From positions 143,096,001 to 143,160,000 of the forward strand of contig OX597816.1 of NCBI GenBank assembly GCA_951406725.2: 64,000 nucleotides of DNA, in the 5' to 3' direction. Below the pieces are notes generated by a model. That model saw nothing but the letters and a program-made list of their open reading frames with translations, did no database searches and had not been told where the DNA came from. A program made the translations under genes and the position numbers. Below, piece by piece: positions 27,727 to 38,902 of this stretch (its first letter is position 1; the number at the start of each line of letters is the position of its first letter). The stretch comes from Octopus vulgaris. Lineage: Eukaryota.

Positions 27727-29460
27727 TGCCTTCCTTTACTGTCTATTTTCCATGCTGGCATGGGCTGGACGATTTGACAGGAGCTGGCAAGGCCAAGAGC
27801 TGTTCTAGGCTCCAATGTCTGTTTTGGTATGCTTTCTACAGCTGCATGCCCTTTCTAAAGCCAACCTTTACAGAGTGTACTGGGTGCTTTTTATGTGGCA
27901 CCAGCACCAGTGGGGTCACCAAGTAACTTCAGCTGGGAAGGGAGAGTAGTATTGAGGGAGGTGGCTTTGAGAGTAAGAGCAAACAAGTGAGGTGTTAATG
28001 ATGGAGAATAGTACAGGGGAGAGAAGGCACAGAAAGGCGGTGGTTGGGAGAAGATAATGAGAAATGGAAGTAGTCTAGAGTGGGGAAAAAAGGTAACTGA
28101 GAAAGCAGTGGGATGCCGTATATGCCTATTCTGGGGATGAAATGTGAAAAAGATGGTCAATGGGGCAGACCCCCCACCCCACTCCACCCATGGACAAGCA
28201 TTACAAAGTGGTTTGGGGATATCAACTTTGTTGTTGTGGATAGGTCTACTTGAGTGCTGTGAGGCACCTCATATCTCAATCCTCTGACATCCCCTTCATA
28301 AGGTTCAGTGTCTTAAGATCAACTCTCAATGCTTCATCCCATATCTTCCCAGGTCTCCCTTTTCCACAAGTTCCAGTACTATGCAACTGTCCTCGTCCAT
28401 ATGCATCACATGACCAAACCAATGCAGTCCTCTCTTGCATACTGCATCTAATTCCCCTTATGCCTAATTTTTCTTTCAATACACAAGCACACTATCATAC
28501 ATGTACACTGACATTGCACAGCCAGCAGAGCATACTAGCTTCATTCCTCTCTCATCTTTGTTTGTCCTCTGCATTCAGGACCCTTGTCTCACTACCACAT
28601 AGCATTGCTGTTCATACACAAGCATCATACAATCTTGCTTTTACTTGGAGGGAGAGAGACCTTTGGTTGCCAACAGCAGTAAAAGCTTTCTGAACTTTCT
28701 CCATCCTGTTCTTATTCTAGCAATTAAACTTTTGCTACATCCTCCTCTATTGCTAATTAGACCACATAGGTAGCAGAAATTATCCACTACCTTTAGAGAG
28801 CTTCTGGAGCATTTGAGAAAATCAGTTTCGCATGTATCTGTAGACTTTATGCTTCCTGTGCATCTTCCACATACAAACATTATTTTCTCTGTTAACCTTC
28901 CTATTATTCCACTGCACCTCTTGTGTGTCCATAGTTTGCGCTGGGTAGACTGAATGGAATTCATGCCAAGACCTTTCCTACATATCAACCAGGGCTATTT
29001 ACCTGAAGTGGGTGGGGTCCTGCTCATTTTCTTGCTTACTAGGACCTTGGTCTTTGCTAAGCTAACTTTAAGGCCCTTCATTTCCAGGTTTTGCTTCCAC
29101 ACCTGGGATTTCTTTTCTAGTTGTTACAGATTCTACTATCATCAGCATATAGAAGTTCCCATGGGCAGCTGATCTTAAATTCCTGTAATGGCCTGGAGGG
29201 TGGTGATGAATAGGAGGGGTGCTGAGGACCAAGCCTTGGTGAAAACCTACTCATACACTAAATTTGTTACAGCACACATGCCTAACTCTTACCTTATTAA
29301 CAACACCCCTGTACTTAGTCTGTACTGCTTTCACAAACTATTCATCTATCTCTCACTTCCTCAGAGACTATCATATCACAGAGCAAGCTACTCTATTGAA
29401 GGCTTTCTCCAAATCAACAAATTCCAAGTATAGCAGCTTATTCTTGGTTAAATACTACTC
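27727..29460 (-). mobile_element. 5'-truncated RTE LINE nested in antisense inside the plus-strand RTE
   Basis: ORFs 28641..28988 and 28276..28479 (KLGIRGIRC..QER...GRPGKIW). DLEKAF-type RT remnant near 29400. Shared RTE/SINE-like tail at 27730-27920. Confidence 0.85.
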
Positions 29461-30209
29461 TTTACATCTTATTGTTAAATGCTTGGAAGACTCACTAGAA
29501 GTAGTAAATAGTTTTCATTACTTTGGTGATCTAATTAATAGAGGAGGTAAGAGTTCTGAAAGCATAGCAACTGGACGAAGAATAGGTTGGAAAAACTTCA
29601 GGGAGCTATTACCTTTGCAGATAACAAATGGCATGATGCTTGTGTACAAAGTGTGATGCTACATGGGTGTGATATATGGGCTTTGAATGTAGATTTGCAA
29701 CAGCTGGAAAGAAACAAAGCAAACATGCTCCAGTGGATGTGTAATGTTAAGTGTGCACAAATGAGCTGAAAGAAATGCCAAAAGCGGCCTCAGATACAAT
29801 GTTTAGAAGAAAAGAATGCACTAGTATGTGTGTGTGTGTGATATAATGAAGGATGTTTGCTCAGTTAAGAAATGCTAAATACTTTAAGTGGATGGAATCT
29901 ATAATTGATGTAGGACACCTAGGAATTCTTGTAATGCAGTGGTGAAGATTGAGCCTCACAAATATGACAAAGAACTGTGATGAATGGTGGCAGGTAGTTC
30001 CAGAGAAGACCTGTCCATTGGTGCAAGCAGGGCAAAATGGTCATTAAAGTGGTAGTTGAAATGAAGACTGGATGTGTAACATATCTACATAGGATCTATC
30101 ATCCATTATATTCTTGCCAAGTAACCATCTACTGTCATCTTTACTCTTTCATTCACCCTCTCTTTTATTTACTGCACCATGCTGCCTGTGTTATAGGGTA
30201 AGTATTCTA

Positions 30210-31072
30210 CAGGGTGCATTGGGTAAATTGTTGCCATTTTATATTTTTAATGTTGCACATGCACATTGTTTATTTTAAATTTTGTCGACTACACAGTACA
30301 GTAGGGTCAGTTGGGCACCATCTATGAGAAAAACAGTACCATGACACAATTCACTCTGCCAGAAATTTGAAAATGACATGCTGTACTGCTTGGTATTCAT
30401 GCCAGAAGCTTCAATACGAACATTTCAACGTTTTTGGATGTCAATCTGAGGACATATACTGAGAGTGATAAAAGTCAAACATCCAGTCAACATCATGGTG
30501 TTTGGAGTGATCACTAGTGATGGCAACATTATTTCTCCATTCATCTTCCCACACAGCCTCAGACTAAACACAGAGGCCTACGTCAAGTGCCTGGAGGAGG
30601 TAGTGTTGCCCTGGGTCAAGAGGGTGGCTGCTGGAAGACCCTATGTCTAGCAACAGAATTCTGCACCCATGCCACACAAGCAGGAGAACCCAGTCATACA
30701 ATTTCTGCGACCACATCGCTCCTAACATCTGGCCACCTAACTCCCCAGACTGCAACCCCCTTGATTATTATGTGTGGGGCACAGTTGAGTGAGAGACCAA
30801 CAAAACTCCTTGTAACACCAAAGATGAAGTGTAGGCAAGGATTATGACAGCGTTCATCAACTTAAACAAGGAGACCATCCAGAAGAGTTTCAGGAGATTC
30901 CAAAGTCATCTGGAAGCCATAGTTAAAGCCAATGGCAATTTTATTGAATAAATTTACTCTTTAGTATTTCAAGATATTTTTATGTAATTCTGGTAAATAT
31001 ATGTTAAAATGAGATGTCAGCGTTATTTTCATTTTTGCGTAATTTTGACGACAGTTTATTCACCGTACCCTG
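30210..31072 (+). mobile_element. Internally deleted maT-like (DD37D-type) DNA transposon
   Basis: TIRs CAGGGTGCATTGGGTAAATTGTTGCCA and TGACGACAGTTTATTCACCGTACCCTG with TA flanks. Motifs KHPVNIMVFGVITSDG and WPPNSPDCNPLDYYVWG. Confidence 0.85.
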
Positions 31073-34000
31073 TATTTGTCCCTATTCAATCCCCACTACA
31101 ACCACCGGTTATTGCTCTTTCTTTCTTTATTCCATCACCCTTTATCATCACTTTTCTTCTATAATCACTCCTTTACTACTTTACATCTGTGTAACAGGGA
31201 GGGATGCATTGGATCTGTCCATATCCAGTATTCTTCTAGCATCACCCTTCGTTACCACTAGCTACAACTCTCACTCTCACCCACATCACTCTTCATCATC
31301 ATCTACAACTCTCAGTATCACCCATCTCTATTGTTATTCATCACTCATTCTCCCTTACTATTACTTATTTTTATTGATAACTCCTATCATCCCATTCATG
31401 CTGTTTTCCATTCGATCTCTTAACCAATAACCAACAAGTAGTTATCACTGCTTCTCTTCCATTACTCTCTCTCCCCTCCTCTCCTCCCTCACTTATTCTG
31501 TTTACGCCCCTCAAACTCATACTTTCTCTTTTTTCATCCTCTTAGTCATCACTCTCTTCTATTCACCTTTTCAATCATGTTTGCTTTGAAAGGAAAAACA
31601 CAACATAGAGTAGAGAGGACTTTTTAATCTTGCCAAGGACATGACAATCTTTCTAATGCTGATGCCATAATAAAATGCACCTAGTACACACCATGAAGTG
31701 AATGGTGTTAGAAAGGGCATCCAACCATGGAAACCAGGCCATAAATTAAGCATAAAAGATGTGGTTCCATGAACCATCTAGGAGGCCTGTAACTCTGAAT
31801 AAGACTGACTCGTATCACAGCAACCCATCCAATATGGAAAGTGAATGTAAAATAATGTTGATAACACAATTTCGTTTTTATGTCCATGCTGACAACACTT
31901 CTTGAGGTTAGATTCCTTGGTTAGATGCCCTTTCTGATGCTAACCCTTATTTTCACAAAAGAATTTTATTCCACATCTTAACATATCAAATCACTGAGCT
32001 TCTGGACATTTCATTTATGCAGGACATAAATAATATCACCACTGACCAAACAGTATCAATGCAAGGATTCACACACATATGCACACACAAATTAAGCAAA
32101 CACAAATCATATCCTTTTTACATTATAACCTATATATTATTTAGATACTTAGGTAACTATATATTATTTAGGTAGCGGCCTAGTGGAATTGAACCTAAGA
32201 TCATTATGATGTGAGTTTGATTCCTGGATTAGGTGGTCTATTGTGTTCTTGTTGTCTCCTTGAGCCAGGCGCTTCATTTCACATTACTCCAGTTTGCTCA
32301 GCAGTAAAAGAGTACCAGCATCTTCTGCCTCCTGCTGTCACATCAAGGATGTTCTGTTCAGTTAAGTGTGAGAGAGCCAAGAGAGTATCAATATTGACAT
32401 CTACACAGACAGCTGAAAACAATTAACAAAAGCCTGGTACATGCTATGATGCCATACTCACTTGCAAGTGACAGCTAAAGGCTTTTCTGGCTTTTTTTAC
32501 ATATGAAAATTCGAATACAGCTTTTGGTTTTTCTCCTAATAGAACTATTTTTCAAAGTAAAACTGCTTCACACTTGAAATTTCAATGAAAGAATGGTAAG
32601 AACTTATATAGAGGTAAGAACTTTTATAAAATAAAGCTGGCCTAGTTGTTGAAGTCATACTACTTTAAGGCAAAAATTAATGCAAACTATATTACATTTT
32701 CAAAAAAATGTAAATTTATGCTTGAAATATTTCTGCTTTGTCATAGATTTGAATTATGATTAAAAGGGAGGCAAAAAAAAAAGGTTCAGGTTTTGATTTT
32801 TCATTCTCAGATGTCTATAGAACATCCTCCTTTTTTCTTTTTACTACAAACAGTTATTTTGTTACAATTAGATATTATTTCCAAATTCATTACAGACCAC
32901 ACACTGAGTTACATTCAGTATGTTACATGTTGCCTACAGTGTGCAAGTCTGTTATAAAATTTAGAAACAGTATGACTATTTGTATGTGTGTGTATGGGGG
33001 GTCCTTTCTTGTGTAGAAAAGCAGAAACAGAGTTTAAAATTAACTAAATAAGCATATCACTCAATATTATTAAGTTGAATTAAACTGGAGATTTTCCTTA
33101 CTTTATTTCAAGAAAAGGTGCCAAAATTTTACATTAAATATGAATTTAACTAATTCATATAAGTTATCAGAAGAGTTTCTAAATACTTTAAAGGACACAG
33201 GAGATAGAAATGTTTATGGAAGGAATCTTTATCATGTGCCCCTTGAAGCAGTTTTCTCCAATTAAGTACAAACAGGTGACAGCATATGCTGCTTGAACAA
33301 ATAAAAAGAAAAAAAGAGAGATAACAAAACAATCTTATAGCCAAAAATTTTTATCAGCAGGCATAGAAAGACATAAAAATAGGAAACAATCACATGTTCA
33401 AAGATAGGATATTCAAATGTTCCTGCTGGCTTTATGAGTGGCTTTCAACAATGGACCATTTCCATGTCATCAACTACTTTACTGAAAACTTATCTGAATA
33501 TTGCAAACTAGCCAGCCTAGCCTTGGCAGACTACAAAAAAAAAAAGTATTCCATTCTTTGCACAAGTTGCTGTGATGAAAGAAATAGTTTTAACAAAAGA
33601 TCAAGGTTAAAATAGAACTCCATGATACTATCTACCATTATTTGTAGTGGGGGTCAGCAGATCAGACTACATTGTAGTAACTATGAATCCAAGGCTTCTT
33701 AAGGAAGGCTAAAATAATAACTTTGATGGATATTAGCTAGGGAGATACAATAAAAGGATATGTACTCTTTTCTTTAATGTATAATTTATAAGGAAAATTT
33801 GCAGATGATAGATTGAAAAATTGTCAGCACAAAAGCAAATGAGAATTTGGTAATGGTGGTTGGACAGAAGTATAAAAGATATAAAAATACTTTGTTATAT
33901 TAAGAAACAGTCGCTATTTACTTGTGCTATATGACAGCCAGTAGGCTAAAGGAATAAGTCCAACAACACCTGTCATGCAATAATTCCACTGCTGTTGTGT

Positions 34001-35224
34001 TAAATATTGTTTAAGACTTAAATAAAATGTTCACACATGATAAAATATGGAGGGAATTATCAAGCTACCAATTCTTTTTTTTTTAACGAATATTATATAT
34101 CACCATACATATATACATATATATATATATGCATGCACACATACACACACACACTAGCATGATTATAAATCATAGGAATCTACAAGCATAGAAACAAAAC
34201 TACTGAAATGAAATAAAACTGTTAATTATTTTGTAGGAATGTGTATATTGTGTACAATGTATATGTGTGTATGTGTATGCATATGTATGTGTGTAAATAC
34301 ATATATTTCCATTTATATGCACAACTTACCATGTTGGTATACATGTACGGAGAAATACACACAATTTTAAATTGCATACATAGATACACACACATTCACA
34401 CACGTGAATTCTCTTTCATATAGATGTTATATTTTCCTAGCTTTACTGCTATTGTATTGCTAAACAGAGGAAGTAAATGAGAGACTAAAAATAATAAATA
34501 AATAAATGAATAAATAAATATTTAAAAAAAATGATTTTGGGGTTGTCACTGCTCTTGTTAGATTATATATTAGCAGCTGCATGGCGACCAGCTGCTACCA
34601 GCAGATGCTAATCTGCTAGATTGGCTAAGCTATTGTTGAACACTGATAGCCCATGCAATTCTCATTGTGCTTTTTGAACACTAGAAACTGATGACAGCTA
34701 GCCATGTGGACTCTCCTGAAAACATTAAAAAATAATTCAAGAGTAGCAAACACTTCTCAACTAAGAATTTGTTTTTGTTTGTTTATTTTAGTAATTTTTC
34801 CCCTATTTCATCACAATTAAATTCTACTATACTTTAATTGTTTAGAAATAAATAAAAAATAAAAAAAATACACAACTAAAGGAATTTACTCTCTGGAATT
34901 GGAAAATGGAAAAAAAACTGAAATCTTTTTATGGTTTTACCTAAGTTAATGTGATTCCTTTATTTTCTGCAATTCATTAGCTTCATTAAATGATGAAAAG
35001 TTTTATAGTACCTATATGAATATATAATGACAACAAGCACATATACATGGACAAATAATTGCATATGTGTAGGAGTGAATGAGTAAATGTATATCTTGCA
35101 TGTGGATACATCTGTAAGTTAATATGTATCTGCTATAGATACAACAATGTGTGTATACACGTGCACACATCTATATATATATACATACAAACATTCATAT
35201 ATACATTATACAAAAATATATATA

Positions 35225-35640
35225 TACACACAGACAGACATATACATATATATGAATATAAACTTATATATATATATATACATACACACAGAGATGTATG
35301 TATGTATGTATATACAGCAATAAGGAAATGGAGGAGATCAAGAGGTGGTATTCATCAACTTTTAGACATTATATTATGTCTATTTATCTATTTTTTAAAA
35401 ATTCTCATACATACACGCAAAATTCTCATATATACACACAGACAGACATATACATGAATATAAACTTATATATATATATATGTGTGTGTATATATATATA
35501 TATATACGTACACACAGAGATATATGCATGTATGTATGTACGTACGTATGTACAGCAATAAGAAAATGGAGGGGATCAAGAGGTGGTATTCATCAACTTT
35601 TAGACATTACATTATGTCTATTTATCTATTTTTTAAAAAA
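35225..35640. repeat. Local tandem duplication (~240-bp period) embedded in TA/CA microsatellite
   Basis: TACAGCAATAAG(G/A)AAATGGAGG(A/G)GATCAAGAGGTGGTATTCATCAACTTTTAGACATT occurs at about 35312 and 35551. Confidence 0.85.
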
Positions 35641-36149
35641 CAATTATAACAATATGCATACATGTATAACATATTATGCATTACATATATAATATATAAA
35701 ATATAAAAATACCAGTAATTATTAAAATATATAACGTAGAGCATAGAAAGTAGAATAGTATTTCCTGTGTTGAGAAGGGAGGATTACTGTAGTAGTTCAT
35801 ATTTTTCTTTTTATATAATTATAATAATTATACACAAACATATATATACACATATAAACATGCGATATGTTTTCTATTGAGGACTTAAGGTAACGGTCCA
35901 CAATAAGTGGGTTAAAGTTTATATTAATACCTGTGATATTAGTCAGGACTAAAAGTAATAAATTTCCAGGTATTAATCAAGATACTTTATTATTTTCCAT
36001 TACTTTTGGTTTATCAAGTAAAAAAAAAGTAAAACACTTATGTATTAATAATTGGGTATTCTACCAGCAGTGCATTGGATGGATATTATCCCTTAGTTGG
36101 TTGGATTCACAACCTCTAACTCTCTTGGAATTTTATATATATATATATA

Positions 36150-36415
36150 TAGTTGTGTGATAAGAAGTTTGTTTCCCAACCACATGGTTCCAAGTTCATC
36201 CCCACTGCATAGCACCTTGAGCAAGTGATTTCTCCTATAGCCTTGAACCAATCAAAGCATTGTGAGTGTATTTGATAAATAGAAACTGAAAGAAGCCCAT
36301 CATATGAATGTGTGTGTCTGTGTTGGTTGACAACTACTATTGGTATGTTTATGTCTCTGTAACGTAGCAGTTTAGCAAAAATGATTGATAAAATAAGTAG
36401 AAGGCTTAAAAAACA
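36150..36415 (+). mobile_element. tRNA-derived SINE, second family
   Basis: A/B-box-like head, GCACCTTGAGCAAGTG core and AACTGAAAGAAGCCCATC. Related pieces at about 47700-47930(-), 49057-49100, 60100-60230, 32170-32310 and 61795-61920. Confidence 0.65.
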
Positions 36416-36420
36416 AATAC

Positions 36421-37790
36421 CATAAAACCCATGTAATTTACACACTTTTTTTGCAAAAAAGTTGACTTTTATTTATGCTGGACAGTATAATGCTTACTTT
36501 TTCTGTATAAATTTACTAAAACAATTAAATGGTTAACTACTTTTTGAAGTTTGACATTCATGCTGGTAATCATGGTCCGGGCCATATTTTGCATTGCTTG
36601 GAGTTTCTACCTATCGCAATGGAGCCCAGCAATTTCCTTAGATAGATCAGTTTTTCTCTGCTTAAGAAGCCTACCTTATGTTTGCTTCCAGGAAGCTATT
36701 GCTTGCTTTATCCGTGTTAGAGCAATGAAATTCATCACTGCTGATATCGTCAATGATAACATCATAATTCATTCTTTTGCGTGTAAACTCACTAAGTGAA
36801 TATGACTTAGCTTTCCAACAGAAACCTTCATTTACCTTATACGATGTTTAATGTTGTCTCATATTCATGTTGAATTATGCAGCAATCTTATGCTTTCTTC
36901 ATAGAACATTTGTAATGTATGTATTACCAGTTCTTTTGGTATAGTAGACTTATGCTATTCTTGTTAATGTCTCCTCACAGATGTGCATATTCTAACAAGT
37001 TGCTTCTTAAATTTTGCACCTCTCTTGTTCAATAAACACTGAGTAAAATTTGCAAAGCTGTTTATTTTCTTCTTTCGATTTTTAATGTTTATTTGAGTAA
37101 GTTACCAAACTATTAGTTTGGTCTCTCGGCTAAAATGTTAATGACAAATTTTAAAGTTTGCTTGACATTTTATAAGTGTGAAAGGGATTAAAATTTCAAT
37201 ACTCTGTATCAAAGGTTCCAACAAGAATGGGCAGAAAATCAGAGCTTGAGACAAGAAAACACTTTCGAATTCTGTTTACATAATCAGTTTGAGTGGTCAC
37301 CTTCCTTTGTTGGTTGAGTAAAGTGTCATCCCAGCTGATGTTTATTGGTAATTAAACTTATTTTGCAACACTGGTGAATATTTATCAGCTTTGTTTTTGT
37401 TGATAGGAATTATCAACAACTTTTTCTGTGATCGTGATTTGAGAAGACATACAGAAGTATGCTAGAGATAGGACATAATCTCTTGTGGGCAAGAAATGTA
37501 AAATAAAGTTTATTTACAAACAACAAAATATTTCATAATTTAATAGCTTTCAATGTAATACCTGTTAACAGAAATTATTTTTATTTAATGAAAATTTAAT
37601 AAAATCTAATCATAAGTAAGTGAAATTATGCTAAGTACAACTAAATTGAAAACCATTTCCCCTGGTCATATCGGCAATTCTGAAAACTTTTGGGTGTGAA
37701 TTTTACATGAGTAGAAGCTTTTTTTAACAATTTTTATCCTGAAGATCATCTGCATAAATTACACAGGCGTGCAAATTTCATGTGGTCACA
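36421..37790. mobile_element. Possible Tc2/pogo-like non-autonomous DNA element
   Basis: The left end taCCATAAAACCCATGTAATTTACAC and an inverted motif TAAATTACAC near 37757 resemble CpG-decayed termini. No transposase recognised. Confidence 0.3.
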
Positions 37791-38094
37791 AAAACATAAA
37801 TTTCCCAGCTTGTGAAGTAAACACATTGATGTCACTCGGCACACTGCCTCATGAAGGTCACTGCTAGCTATCCACTCCTCACACAATTTGTGTGCTGCCA
37901 TCTGTTGGCTCACTACAGAACTAGTCTGGGAACTTTTTGATACCACCTCATATATCTATTACAGCCACTTTTACCAATTGACTTCACACTACATAATCAG
38001 GCTGTTACCTAACACTCCATTGAACCCCTAGTATATATGTATATCTATGCCATCATGAAAACATATGTTAAAGGATGATGATGATAATGATGAT

Positions 38095-38128
<34 letters not shown>

Positions 38129-38902
38129 AGATTTTCTTGTTGTGAACGACAGATGAGGGTTCAGTGAAATAAAGTGATAATCATGTTCTATGGACATGAG
38201 TGTATCTCTTGAGGCCTGCTTATGCCTTGCAAACCTTTTAGCAAATGGAACAAGTTGAGGACTCAGTTTGCTTGAGTGCTTGTGGACCATTTATTATGTG
38301 TTTTCTTGAGTAGACAGCTAGGCCTTCTTTGCTTCATGCCACAAAACCACAATGACAGGTAAGGTTTCCATTTAGAGGAGCAGCATTTTGGCAGTGTGCC
38401 TTCATGCTTGCATGAAGTTGGCCCCAACGATGGAGTTGGCTTTGCTCAAATCTTTGAACTGAAGAGAAGCAAGGCTAGTGCCAGGTCCTGTGTTCTGGTG
38501 CTTTGTTTGCCCAGGAAGAAAAGGAAATGTTACATCTATAATATGTGTGTGTAAATGTATATTTGAATGAGTCAGTTCATATTTCCCTTTATCTTCACAT
38601 GTGCTTGCTATCTTCAAACAGAAAATGAATTCAGACCAGGTTCTTCACATAACTATGCCAAGATTTTTGATAAGCATTATTATCTTGATTGGAAACAGGT
38701 CAGGGTTAGCACCAGAAAGGATATCCAGTCTTAGCAAACTATGCCCCAATATAGTTTCATCTGATCCATGCAAGCTTGAAAAGGTAGACATTAAAACAAT
38801 GATGGCGAAGATGGTGATGGTGATGATGATGAAGATAATGATAAATATATGTGTGTGCATACACACACCCACACACACATATACACATCCTCCTCCTCCT
38901 CC

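Larger units (their letters stand above)
25580..31860 (+). mobile_element. Decayed RTE-clade LINE (APE-RT, long pyrimidine-rich 3' UTR, tail), interrupted by two insertions
   Basis: Endonuclease remnants (YAPQSG, GNSNGH, SFRK..HLIT, SQIDF), KAAGPS...EMLKISG, DLLKAFD, and LEVVNSFHYFGDLI...GWKNFRELLPL. Interrupted at about 27727-29460 and at 30210-31072. Confidence 0.85.

Noticed and set aside
34574-34610. Cluster of E-boxes (CAGCTG x2, CAGATG)
   Set aside because: Short motifs with no conservation or chromatin evidence available.
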